NCBI GenBank assembly: GCA_973895155.1
Contig: OZ316896.1
Span: 5,630,066-5,694,065 of the forward strand
Length of the DNA: 64,000 nt
Reading direction: 5' to 3'
DNA from: Marsupella aquatica
Lineage: Eukaryota > Plantae > Marchantiophyta
Shown here: positions 50,133 to 62,611 of the stretch, one piece after another
Numbering within the stretch: the stretch's first letter is position 1
How the letters are laid out: each line of letters starts with the position of its first letter
Translations under genes and position numbers: made by a program
Notes under the pieces: model-generated
What the model saw: only the letters and a program-made list of their open reading frames with translations
The model's database searches: none
Told to the model about the DNA's origin: nothing

Positions 50133-53100
50133 ATGGCAGCCCCTAAACCCAACTCTGTTAAATTAATACGCAAAGTTGGGGATGACAAGGCTGATTTACC
50201 AATTTGTGTTTTGTCATTCAAAGAAGGACACACCCTACATGATTTTAGGGCTCGTATTGCCTCTACTCTAGACTTTGACTTTGATTTTTGGGATGAGAGA
50301 CTTCCTGGTCGAGTGAAACTTGTACATGAGAAATTAATTGATCTGTCTGAGCTGGATGGAAGAGTTATTGTTGTACAACAAGAACTTGGAGATGGTGGGA
50401 GGATCCCACCAGTACCCTGTCATCCTTGCACTCCTGCATCATTGGGTCCAAATACTGGGACACCACAACTGGGGCCAACGGCACTAGCACCCTCCCCTGT
50501 AAGGGCTTCTTTTGAGTCACAATTGATGGGAGATGTCCCATCAAAGCTATGGAAAGATGAGTGGATGAGGTTAGAGAAATGGGTACATAAGAAGGGTTAT
50601 GGTGATCACAATTGGAGAATTCGTACCTGGGATGAAGGGACAGATGTTCGAGGGCATCTGGAGTGTCTTGAATGTAGGGAAACTTATGGCAATGCAGACA
50701 ACTCTCAGAACCCTAAATCCATCTCCAATTGCTTTAGTAATTTTAAGACCAAACACTTGGTCTTCAATAAGCACAAGGATAACTATTGTCGGAGAAGGGG
50801 CATTCCTTCTACTTTGGTTCAGGTAGCAGACATCTCTGAGAAGCCAGAATATGATCATGCAGACGCCATCAAAGTAGGTGTTGAGATAGTTCAGCGATTG
50901 AATGCTGAGCTTGGGGATGATGGCAAACTATTCTCTATTGTTCCTGATCCCAGTACTCCTGAGTATGTAAACAGGTCTTTCCTGTTTAAGGTTCGCTGTA
51001 CTGTCTGTGGAATGCTTCACACTGACTTGTGCCCCAAGAAGCTTACCTTGGAGCCCAATTTGAGGACACACTTAGTGAGTCGAGATCACTTGGATGCATT
51101 GGAGACTAGGCATGACACAAAAATGCTTGCCTTGAGGTCTGGGAAGAGGGGCAGGCCAAAGAGGACTGATTCTAGGGACCTACATCCTGGTCAGAGCGGG
51201 ATTTTGAAGTTCTTTAAAGATGATGGGTCCCGGACAGGCAGCAGTTCAGGTTCAGGTGTGTGTGAATCTGTTGATCTTGGTCTGAGTTTGCTTTGCTGGG
51301 GATTATGGGTAGAGAGAGGTGTGCCTCGACTGTTATGGAAGGGTATATCTTATGATATTTCTGGCATTTTAGATGATCAGTCTGGGGGAATTACATGGCA
51401 TTGTGAGCCAAGTTGTTGCTTGGATGTTTTCCATCCAAGTAGAGAGAGTGTTGTGAGTATAGCAGGCTGTTTTAGACACAAGGATTGCTTGAGGTTATCA
51501 CAGAATGGAGGAGGATTTGAAAATCTAACTTGTAGTGAATGTGATTCTATAACACTAGAAGATGATTTTCGTGGACGGGTGCACAGGGAAGCGGAAGCAG
51601 TAGTCCACAGAGGGAGCCGAACCACTGCTGGTGGTATACGTTTGGATTATTTGACCAACACAGAGTTAAGAGATCAAGTGCACAACCTGAACTCTGTGCG
51701 ACGAAAAGAGCGTTGGTTGTTAGCTTTGCAGGCTCAGAAAGTATGTGCCTTGAGCACCAGGAAATGAAAACTAGAGGAGTTGTTAGGAGTTGCAGCAGAC
51801 AGGAAGGATTTGAGATTGTTTCTTAGGAGTATTTTGAATGGACACAGGAATGGTGCATTTGGTGGTAAGGAGGGTTTGTGGGATTTCTTGAAGGATGTAG
51901 CTCGCAATTTAGGCAGGAAGCCAAAAGGTAATCGTTACAGTAATAGGACTCGAGCTATTGCTCAGGCTATGTTCCAATTTGGGGGCCGTCAAGTTGCTCA
52001 TTGTTTTGCACGAAACTTGACAGCCCCTAGCCTTGTGACCCTAAAACGTGATAGAGCAAAACTCACACCTTTTCGAACCGGGTTACGGAAGGAAACCTTT
52101 CAGGAGATTGCTAGAGTGTTGTCTGCTGCAAAGCACTCATTGGGCATTGAGGGGGATGTGCCTGTTATCTTTGCTGAGGATGAAACAAGGATCAAAGAAC
52201 GCCCTAGGTAATTGGAACTGGACATTTTTCCAATTGTTTTTTTAATGACTTTACAAGTAGCACTTGGGTGGAATTGCTGTCATATTGAAAAATTGCATGT
52301 CTGTGTTTCAGGTGGGAGGCAAAGTATGATACTCTCATTGGTTTCTGTGGACCTTCAGAGCAGCATGTATGCTCCTATGGTTTGGAAATTCTAGTAGGTG
52401 AAGGTGATGAGGGGTATGATAAAATTGTAAGTACATTTGAACAATGCCCCAAGTGCATGTATGCCCCAAGTGCATGTATGAGTCCTTACCTAAATTGGCT
52501 GTGTGTGCACTTCCAACTTGTAATAAGTTCACAGCTTCTTGGGTACGAGAGCATTGGGTCCAGTTAAAGGCTTTTTGGGATGAATATTGTAGAGCTATGG
52601 TAGGCCCTTTGCTTGGACATGCTAGTGATGGTGATGCACGTCGCCGAAAGCTGATGCTGGAAGATTACAGAGGGCAGAATGGATCATACCCAAGGTATGG
52701 AGTTGGGTGGGAAGGGTGGACATACTCTGTGTCAATTCTACCAAATGGAGATTTGTATGGCTTTGGTGACCAAGACCAACCTCATAATGGGAAAAAGATG
52801 ATAAACCCCTTAGACAGAGTGTCTTCTTTACTGGTGCTAGGAGATCAACATGCATCTTTATCTTATGTAGCTAATGTCTACAATCATTATCCAATTCATG
52901 AACATGGCATGGCTTGGGATGATGTGAATAGGACTGACCGGCAGAATTGGGCAGGTCCACAACGAATAGCAGCAAGAAGAGTGCAGCAATGTCTGAAAGA
53001 TATGTATGAGAGGAGAGATGTACAACATGAACGAAGTTTAGGAACTCAGTTGTACTTGGAGATTTGTGCAGATTACTTAGATATTTTCTTTTCTCCAGTT

Positions 53101-54690
53101 CATGATTTGAGGTCCCGTATTGTGTTAGCATCCAAGGTTTCATTCTTTCTACGTTTGTGGAGATTGTGGTTGAGGTTTGGTGACCATTCAGTGGGTGGGA
53201 ACTTTGCAGCACACACTGAGAAAGACATGATGTCTATTCAGGCTTTTCATGATGTTAACATGTCATGTCATTTCATTGTGCTGTTAATTTGTGCCTTTCG
53301 AGATAAGTTCCCACATCTAGGTGTTCCCTTCCACTTGCTAGGTTCAGATTGTTGTGAGATTTTCTTCAGCAAGGTAGGAGGCATGAGTGGCCATGAGCGG
53401 AATTATGATTTTGGCTCTCTGTTGGATAGTGCTGTTGGACTGAACCGGCTTGCTGCCCTAGAATATGGACCAGAAGGCTTGAAGATAGGTCGTTCACATA
53501 AGAAACAAGATCATGTATGGGGGAAGATTCATCCTATAGGGGAAGGGGAGGAAGCACCAAATCTACTTGACTATTCTCTCATTGAGACTAATGAATTAGT
53601 GGTTGCAGCCCTTAAAGAAGGTTTTGTTGCTGCTAAGGATCTTATGCATCAATTGCAGATGTCTCCACGAAGTTCCTTACCAGCAGCTAGAAAGAGATGG
53701 TGGACATGTCCTTGGGTTATGGAAAGTGAGACCTGGCCACTAGAGGTGGTTCTGAAGGAAGCAATTGTTTGCAATGATTCTGAGGAGCAAGTAGAGCACC
53801 AACCACCAGACATAGGTCCTCGCCCAACTGGAGATTTTCATGAATTGGAAGATCCTGAGGATGATTTGAATAGAATAGATGCATGGTTAACAGAACCAGA
53901 TCCCATTGTTGTTCCTGAGATGCATTCAGATGATGTACACAGAGATGATATACAGTTTGATGTAGACCCCTCAGATGAGCTTGAGACATTAGGTCATGAA
54001 GTTCGGCATGTGTTTGGATCAGTTGTCCATGCTGTAACTAATGTACAGAATCGTACCAAGGTAGTGCCTACTGTTGCTTATGAAGGCAAGGTGATTTACA
54101 AATCCACTCTGGTAAGCCAGTTGGTAGGAAATCCGCATTTGTCAAAAGATAGGCTGACAAGGGTGAAACAAGTGCTATACTATAGTACTGGCAAGAGAAA
54201 AGTGCAAGAAGTCAATCCTAACTCATGTTTTGTTGATGTTGGCACTGATTGTGCAATTGCATTTGAGTCTGATGATAGTCCTGCTCCAAGTACTAGATTT
54301 GGAAAAAGAAAGAGAGGAAAGAATAAGGTTGTGGTGGAGGCAATCTCAGCAGGTAAGAAATATTTTTGGTTGGGTCGGATTGTCCAAATGAGACAGAAGT
54401 ATGGCAGTAGGTGGGGCAATTGTCGGTCACCAATTGATTTGATGGATAGGCCAACTCCACTTGCAGGGCAATCAGGTAACATTTGTGAACTGTTGTTAAA
54501 TTGGTATAGTCCTATTGGTAAGAGCAAAAGTGAATTCAGATATGATACCACTGATTTGAAATGGATGGATATTGAAATGGTCATTGCTAGTGTTAGTTTA
54601 ACCATGAAAGAAGGGGTTATGGATCGTATCTATGTGTTGGATCCAATAGATAGACGTGCTTTGGATCAGTATCTTCAAACAATGGTATGA
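50133..54690 (+). pseudogene. Large P-element-type DDE transposase (~1480 codons), one intron, two lesions
   Basis: ORFs 50133-51767 and 51780-52211 are in frame across a TGA. Intron 52208-52311 (GT..AG) joins to give IFAEDETRIKERPRWEAKYDTLIGFCG. Catalytic candidates: D 52179, ASDGD 52627, DxxH (DQPH) 52774, DRQN, SDCCEIFFS E 53356. There is a frameshift at a 17-bp duplication (52444-52477). Confidence 0.8.
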
Positions 54691-55560
54691 ATATCATGTT
54701 ACTGTTTAGTTTTTGAGAGTCTGTATATATGTTTTATTTTGTTGTTTAGTTTTTGAGAGTCTGTATATATGTTTTATTTTGTTAATATTAGTGGGTGTAG
54801 TGGGATAGGATAGGGGGTGACGGATTGGCAACTTGAGATCCTTTCTCAATTAGGGGTTCAATTCCCCTCCGTCACATGTTACATCTCTCAACATAAGTTT
54901 TAAATGGAGTATGGATGGAGCATGGGATTGGTGATCAATGGGTGGAATGGATTATTTATGTTGTGACCTTAAAGGCCATCCCACTTATGCACGTAAGGTT
55001 TATATTGGGATGACCTTTTAGGTACACAATATAAATGATGCATTGAAATGATCAAAGTTTAAGGTCGACAAAGGTGCAAGAACTGTTGCAGGGCGTGTCA
55101 TGTCTGACATACGACTTCACAAGGTACTGACATAGACTTATCTTTTCTTTCTAGGCATTTTATATTGATATGTGACACTTTACTTCACAAATTATAGGGG
55201 CAATACAATTTGGATTTTAGACTCTTAGAAGAAAGAAAGAGGGAGGAAAAAAAATTTCAACTTAATAAGTATGGGGGTCTAGGCATGAAAACGTCGCATG
55301 TGATGGGGGGGTCCTCCATATAGTGAGACCCCCGAGCTCATGTTTTTCTTTCCTAGGTTTATGGTTTTTATTGAAAGGAGTGTCATTCATAAGGCACCCT
55401 GAGTTAAGTGCACACATCTTAGCATCGTTTGACTGTACCTTTTCTTGGTCACTGTGCTTTTCTTGGCAGATACTTTACTTATATAACAACACTTCTATGC
55501 TCTCATATTTTATTTACTTTCAGATCACTACAAGACAAAAAATAAAGCATGTTCTAGGAT

Positions 55561-57243
55561 CACTAGTACATTTTACCTCCTTTTTCCGATTCTCTCCACA
55601 TCGGATGCCTTTGTAAAATAAAATTTGAAAAACCATATATCCGATACTACTAGCATCGCAACATGCCATTTTAATAGTATCGGATATCGACAATCGGACT
55701 TCTATCGGAAAGTCCGATGGTGGGAGAATGGGAAAGTCCGATGGTGGGAGAATGGGAAAGTCCGATGCTAGGAGAATGAGAAAGTCCGATGGTGAGAGAA
55801 TGGGAAAGTCCGATGCTAGGAGAATGGGAAAGTCCGATGGTGAGAGAATGGGAAAGTCCGATGCTAGGAGAATGGGAAAGTCCGAAGCAATCAAAATGGG
55901 ATATGCATGTCAGCGGACGCGACATGCTCAGGTCACCCATCTCTTCCTTTAATTGGGTTTCTACTTTCATTTGGAACTATGAGCTAGGTGCCCATCTCCC
56001 TTGACATGTGAACTCTTCAAATTTTCTCAACTAATTGGTCACCCATCCCAATTGCTATTCCTCCAACATGAGCTTAACTTTGTGGTTCTTATTCCTTACA
56101 TTGTACATGCAAGCTTAGCACTTTTGTTGTTTGACTTAGAGTGTTTGGGGATTTTATACACTTGTGAGTTTACTAAGACCCATAATTTGGACCCATTCTT
56201 GATCCATTTTTCTCTATCATGCGATTAGATCTTTGCATCAAGTGACCTATTCTAGTTACCCTATTACATTCCCCTAGGAGAAACCAATAGAAATCTGGCA
56301 GGGGTCATTCATCGATAGTAAAGCCCTCCTTCATTAGATTTGATATAGGATAATTATGGCTTATTAGTTATGGATGATATTTTGGTCCTTCCAAAGCCTC
56401 AGCGTCAATGGCTCCTGATTGTCTCATCTTTTATCAACTATGTTGTTGTTGGACTTGCAACAAAGACTACATGGGACAAGCAACCTCCTTCTAGATGATG
56501 TATTTTGGACTTGGCATGTTGAGCACATATTTCCGTAAGGGAACAATATGTTGGGTCTTGGAATGAGGCAAAAACAACACTCAAGTCCATTTGCCTCAAG
56601 TATGAAGTTATTCATGCATGCAAGAATGATTGCATCTTTTGGGAAGAGTATGTCGGTGCAACCACATACCCCATCTAACACATCAAAACTTTTCATTCTA
56701 ACACAATCAAAAAATTTCTTTTTGTCATAACCAGACTTTCCCATACTCCCAGCATCGGACTTTCCCATTCTTCTAGCATCGGACTTTCCCATACTCCCAG
56801 CATCGGACTTTCCCATTCTTCCAGCATCGGACTTTCCCATTCTTCTAGCATCGGACTTTCCCATACTCCCAGCATCGGACTTTCCCATTCTCCCAACATC
56901 GGACTTTGCCATGTTAGCACAATCGGATATAATATCCGTTATTATTAACTACGAAAAGTTTCTGATCAATATTGTAACGCACATCATTTTTGTTACAAAA
57001 AACATCGGACATATCAATCAAAGTTTCTGTTGAGGGATCCGATGTGTTTTCTAACGGATATAATCCGTTTTTTAACGCATCGGAAAGGTTCCGTTGTCAA
57101 TTATATCGGAAATGAAGGTATTCGAAGCCGAGAGTATGGCATATTGCCATTTTTTGATAATCGGAATTTCCGATGCTAAAAGAATCGGACGCCGATTGTT
57201 CACAAAAATTAAGCATCGGAAATCAGCTTAATATGTACTAGTG
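55561..57243. mobile_element. Non-autonomous CACTA (En/Spm) element, 1.68 kb
   Basis: 11-bp TIR CACTAGTACAT at both ends and a 3-bp TSD GAT (55558-55560, 57244-57246). Inverted arrays of a 24-bp unit (gagaatgggaaagtccgatg...) lie at ~55705-55885 and ~56733-56910. Many subterminal ATCGGA/TCCGAT motifs. No transposase. Confidence 0.93.
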
Positions 57244-57921
57244 GATGAGCATGCTATATAAATAATTGTTTGCAACTGGCACCACCTTTCAGGTGCGGAA
57301 AACCCCTAATCATAAGTACAGAGGGGATCAGTCAAAACATGAAAGGTGGTCCACATCCATTTATGTAATCAAAACAAACTCAACTCACCAGTTAAGTAGC
57401 GTAGCATCCAACCTGGATCCCCAATCACTAAAGTTTGGGCATCCATCAATTCAAACGAACCCACCTAATCTGTCTATATTTTGATAGAGCTCGCAAACAC
57501 AAGTTTGCCATCCCAAAAGGTTTGGCCGTCAATCCTGATGAGATGAAAGGTGGCAATTTCACAATAAGCTGGAGAGCATAGAGGACTACATCTCACATTC
57601 ATGTTTATGATTTGTCACATTATAGAATTTTCTAGATAAGTTAGCAATAGCCCAACTTGACCTTCAATAAGGATGGGGAGCCCTTTCTTGACAGACTCTT
57701 TTCTGGTCCTATATGGAAAAATGTGGGCCAATTGTTTGCTGAGGTGTAAGGGCCAATTCCTCAGGTTTTTAAGACCATCTCTGATGCAAGTATTCTCAAA
57801 TGGCCTTTGAGGTCATCCTTAATGTATTCCTCAATTTGTTCAATTTATTTGTTAGTACTCGTTCATGAATGCAAAAGCAAACTCTAAGATGGTTTTTGTG
57901 GGCAGAGTCAAGGGGCCAGGT

Positions 57922-58253
57922 TGTTGAACTAAGACGTCATTCGCAACGACCATACAACCATGACTCATTCCATGCACATGTAGTCGACACAATCTCTACG
58001 TGGTTCACCTTTTCTCCAAGGCTACGTCCACACGAACACTCAAGCTTTACTTTAAGAGTAGACGAACACACATCCTTTCCCTCTTTCTCAAGTTGCTCTG
58101 TTACAATGAGTAAGCACCACACACCAGCGGCTTACACTAGCCCTGGTATATACAAGGTCACACACGACTAATCTAACCTCAGCTAAGATCCTAACTGTGG
58201 TTAGCCTAAGTGCCGTAACCTATGAGTCACAAGACTAAGAGCAATCCTTAACA
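57922..58253 (-). repeat. 3' LTR of copia B (332 bp)
   Basis: TGTTG...TAACA ends, adjacent PPT (minus strand gtcaagggggagtt), and distant similarity to the family A LTR (cgtggttcacc...ggctacgtccac). Confidence 0.88.
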
Positions 58254-58447
58254 AACTCCCCCTTGACTCTAGTCTTGGGGACTGCAATTTCTGCTATCCA
58301 TATGAGATACTCAGCGGGAAATTCTAGACAATCACCTAAAACCATAGGTGTCCCCCTAAAAACCATTTAAGGTTAACTAAGGGTTAACTAGAATTAAGCC
58401 GTAGCCATAACAGGATTGAGTAACCCATATACAGAAATTACATATTG

Positions 58448-61400
58448 TTAAGTTACTCTACTTGTGCTGCAAATGCAAAACTTGCAAGTAGCACGGTGTC
58501 TTGAGTAACTCTCCAAAGGAATCACTTTGGTAAAAGCATCAGCCGGGTTGAGCTTTCCATCAATCTTGACTAGCTCAAACATTTTATCAGACACTGCTTG
58601 CCTAATAAAATGGTACCTGATGTCAATGTGTTTCACCCTACTATCCATAACCTGGTTAATAGCTAGGTGAAGCGCACTTTGGCTGTCACAATGAAGAGTC
58701 ATTTTTCCATGCTCCAATCCCATCTCAGTGACCAGCTTATCCAACCAAATTGCTTCCTTTGCTGCTTCTGCTGCTGCAACATATTCTGCTTCTGTAGTAG
58801 ATTGAGATACACACTTCTGCAAGGTAGATCTCCAACTTATGCATCCTCTTCCAAGAGTAAACACATACCCAGTCGTTGACCTCCTTGTTTCCAGACAGCC
58901 TCCGTAGTCAGAATCTACATAGCCAACCAAAGATTTGGTTTTGTTTGATCTACTATCAAACAACAGACCATAGTCTATTGTGCCCTTAAGATACCTGAGA
59001 ATCCATTTTACAGCCTCCCAATGTACCTTCCCTGGATTTGACATGAATCTACTCACTTTGCCCATTGCTAGGGCTAGATCAGGCCTGGTACATGTCATCA
59101 AATACATTAGACTGCCCACTGCCTTCTCATATGGAACCTTAGTCATCAAACCTCTCTCCACTGGATCCGTGGGGCAGAAAGCCGATGATAACTTGAAATA
59201 TGGAGCCAAAGGAATACTTATTGGCTTACAATTTTCCATGTTGAATCTTGCAAGTACCTTTTCAGCATACTTGCCTTGATTCAACCACAACTGTCCAGTT
59301 TCAAAGTTCCTCGTAATCTCCATACCTAAGATCCTCTTGGCTTTCCCAAGATCCTTCATTCGGAATTCAGAACTCAATTTTGCTTTGAGTTTGTCAACCT
59401 CAGTTTGATCCTTAGCCACAATCAACATGTCATCCACATAGAGCACCAGAATGAGCAAACCAAACACACCATTCTTGACTGATTTTGTATACACACAAAG
59501 GTCATACACCATCCTAGTGAATCCTTGTGCAAGCATGAAATCATCAAACCGCTTGTTCCACTGCCGAGGAGCTTGCTTCAATCCATACAAGGACTTAAGT
59601 AACCTGCAAACTAAACTCTCTTGGCCCTTCTTCACAAAGCCCAGTGGTTGCCTCATGAAAATTTGTTCCTCCAAGGTGCCATAGAGAAAAGCAGTAACAA
59701 CATCCATTTGATCTAACACCAGATCAAAAAACACAACAAGTTGACACAAAATTCGTATCGTGGAATACTTGGCAACTGGAGAGAAGACCTCATTGTAATC
59801 CACTCCCTTCTCTTGAGTGAATCCCTTGGCAACAAGCCTTGCCTTGTATATCTTGTCTCCTCCATCTGAAGAGTTGTCCTTCAGCTTGTAAATCCACTTG
59901 CTATCCACCACTTGTTGATCACTTGGCAGCTGCACCAGCTCCCATGTTCTATTGTCACTTAAAGATTGCAACTCCCTCTGCATCGCTGCATTCCATTCAT
60001 CTTTCTCGTCTGAAATGCACGCCTCATGATAAGAAGAAGGTTCTCCTTATTCCAAGATCAGTGCTCTGTCATCATCATCAGGTGCAATGTCAACATCATC
60101 TAACCTTGATGAATCTGTCCATTGTCCATACCTTGTAGGAGCTCGAGTAGTACGTCTCGATTTTCTAGCTGATGATTCTGGTTGATCTTGTTCTGTTGGT
60201 TGAATTTGAGGTATTCCATCAACAGCCTACTCCTCTTGTTCCATTACCGGAACCAACTCCATTCTCGGAGCACCTCCTTCATTTATGTCATGAAAACTCT
60301 CATGACCAATCTCCCCCACAACATGGTCCAGGATAGGAGATTTATCTTTGTCAGTACGGGAAGCCTGAGCATTATCCCCCTCCTTTGATGATCTGGATTC
60401 ATTAAAGGATACATCTCTACTGACAAGCAACGTACAAGCTTTTGGATCCCATACCTTGTAACCTTTCACACCTGGTTGATAACCAAGAAAAAGACACTTC
60501 TTGGAAGTAGAATCTAGTTTAGATCGATTCTGCTTAGGTGTGAGAGCATATGCATCACTTCCAAAGACTCTCACAACCTGATAGTCTGCGTGCCGTCCAT
60601 ACCTCATTTCAAACGGCGTCTTGAAATTGATTGCACTTGAAGGAGAAAGATTTACCAAATAAGCTGCCATATTTATAGCTTCAGCCCAAAATTCATGCGG
60701 TAAACCTGATTGGCTCAACATACTCCTCGATCGCTCCAATAGTATTCGGTTTAGCCGCTCACAAACACCATTCTGTTGAGGAGTATAAACTGTCGTGAGA
60801 TGACGAGTAATCCCTTGCTCTGCACAATATAGTTCAAGCTCACTTGAACTGTACTCCCCGCCGTTATCTGATCGCAGATATCTCATCTTGGATCCAGTCT
60901 GATTCTCAATTTGGGTTTTCCACTTCTTAAAAGTGCCAAAAACTTCAGACTTGGCGTGTAGAAATGTGATCCACACATACCGTGAGTAATCATCAATGAA
61001 CGTAACATAGTACAATTTTCCAGAAAGTGAGGGAGTTGGGGCTGGACCCCACACATCACTATGTACATACTCAAGTATAGCTTTGGTATTGTGAGTTCCA
61101 ACACCAAAGGTTCTCCTGTGCTGCTTCCCAAGCACACAGTGTTCACAAAAATCTAGCTTAGTAGATTCCAAATTAGAAAGAAGTCCTTTCCTGCGAAGTA
61201 CCGCCAAACCCCTTTCACTCATGTGTCCCAATCTGCAGTGCCATAACTGAGTCATCTCGCCTTGAGATCTAGTTACATTGGCTTCTTCACAAATCACGTT
61301 GCCCTCCAACAAATATAGATTCCTGTGCCGCTTACCCTTCATGACAACCTTGCCTCCGGTTGACACTTGAAGAATACTATCAGCAGAACTCCACCGACAT

Positions 61401-61684
61401 CCATTTGCTTCTAGCATTCCAAGAGAAATCAAGTTCTTTTTCATGTCAGGTATGTGTCTGACATTACTCACTGTTTGCACAGCTCCATCAAACATCCGAA
61501 TTTTCACGGATCCAATTCCAACAATTTGACAAGGATGGTCATTCCCCATCAACACGGAACCGGTTGATACTGAGTAAGAAGTAAAAAACTCTTTTATACA
61601 ACAAATATGATAGGTACAGGCACAATCTAAAATCCATTGATCACCGTTGTTACTGGATGAAATGCAAAGGGCAACATCTGGACT
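58448..61684 (-). pseudogene. pol: Copia B pol (PR-IN-RT-RNaseH), with two stops in the IN-RT linker and a terminal frameshift
   Basis: [70 protein letters not shown]. Stops: TAG at 60229-60227 and TAA at ~60050. Confidence 0.95.
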
Positions 61685-62611
61685 TCACAAGATTTCATCA
61701 TCAAGCAAGTCAATCATATCAAGATTAGTGGCTGCGTTCGCTGATGGTTGATGAGTCTGCTTGACTCGACAGTCTCGTTTCATGTGGCCAGGCTTGTTAC
61801 ATTTCCAGCATATAATTGGTTTCCTTTCTAGAGATTTCTCTCTAGACCTGGATCTAGACTTAGACCGAGCCTTCTCCTTGCCTCTATTTCGTGAGGGGTA
61901 CGTTTGTGAAAAGGATCTGTTTTCACCAGTCATCCGCTGTTGAGTCCTCCCGTGGTTCACATTCAATGCACTGCCAGATGAAGATGGTGTCTGGACATGA
62001 TCCAGTTTCTTCTGTGCATCATCTGACAACAAAGAGCTTACCACCTCATCATATGAAATGGTTTTGAGATCTCTATACAAGAGAACCTGCTTCAAACCTT
62101 GATACGATGGGGGTAAGGAACTGAGAAGAAGCAATGCCTTATCTTCATCTTCCACTCCCTTGCCAAGATTTGACAAATCTACAGCTAGGCTGTCGAATTC
62201 ATCCAAGTGATCTCGAAGTTTGCCTCCTTCTTTTAGTCTCAAGCTCATCAAGAGAGACTTCTTGTACAACCGATCTGAGGCATCCTCTCGGTAGTACTTC
62301 TCTCTGAGGGCCTTGAATAAGGATACGCAATCCTCGTAGTCGTCCAGCTTCTTAATGATATGCGGCTTCAGATACAGCATAACCGCATTCACAGCAATCA
62401 CTTGCTCTTGCCTCCATTTCCTCAACGGGATCTCCTCCTCACTGCTAGACTCCTCCCGAGTCGATAGCAGATGATCTAGGCCCATAGCACGAAAAATTCC
62501 CTTAACCTGCTTCTCCCATAGCAAATAATCTGTGCGTCCATCATATTTTTCCACCTCAAACTTGACACCTCCAAACTTGGATGCCATCGTTGTCCTCCCA
62601 ACGTTCTCCAC
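61685..62611 (-). CDS. gag: Copia B Gag, open 308-aa frame
   Basis: KFEVEKYDGRTDYLLW, DKALLLLSSLPPSY (UBN2-like), and the CWKCNKPGHMKRDC zinc knuckle. Confidence 0.9.
   Translation of the reverse strand: MENVGRTTMASKFGGVKFEVEKYDGRTDYLLWEKQVKGIFRAMGLDHLLSTREESSSEEEIPLRKWRQEQVIAVNAVMLYLKPHIIKKLDDYEDCVSLFKALREKYYREDASDRLYKKSLLMSLRLKEGGKLRDHLDEFDSLAVDLSNLGKGVEDEDKALLLLSSLPPSYQGLKQVLLYRDLKTISYDEVVSSLLSDDAQKKLDHVQTPSSSGSALNVNHGRTQQRMTGENRSFSQTYPSRNRGKEKARSKSRSRSREKSLERKPIICWKCNKPGHMKRDCRVKQTHQPSANAATNLDMIDLLDDEIL

Larger units (their letters stand above)
45680..55342 (+). mobile_element. P-superfamily-like DNA transposon (9.66 kb) carrying PHD-finger genes
   Basis: 21-bp TIRs: CATGttCTCGGGGGTCTCACT (45680-45700) and the reverse complement CATGagCTCGGGGGTCTCACT (55322-55342). 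A second inverted motif ATCACgTGCGACG (45716-45728) matches ATCACaTGCGACG (rc 55292-55304). The possible 7-bp TSD is degenerate (ttctcct / tttttct). A P-type transposase lies inside. Confidence 0.82.

Noticed and set aside
55671-56920. Repetitive ORFs (MGKSDARR..., WESPML...) as proteins
   Set aside because: They are translation artefacts of the 24-bp CACTA subterminal repeats.
60227-60229. GAG-TAG stop in the IN-RT linker, also present at a similar place in copia A (41181-41179), as a second recoding site
   Set aside because: CAG-to-TAG is a CHG deamination hotspot, both elements carry other such stops (including a TAA ~180 nt away), and the linker aligns poorly. Coincidental decay is the simpler explanation.
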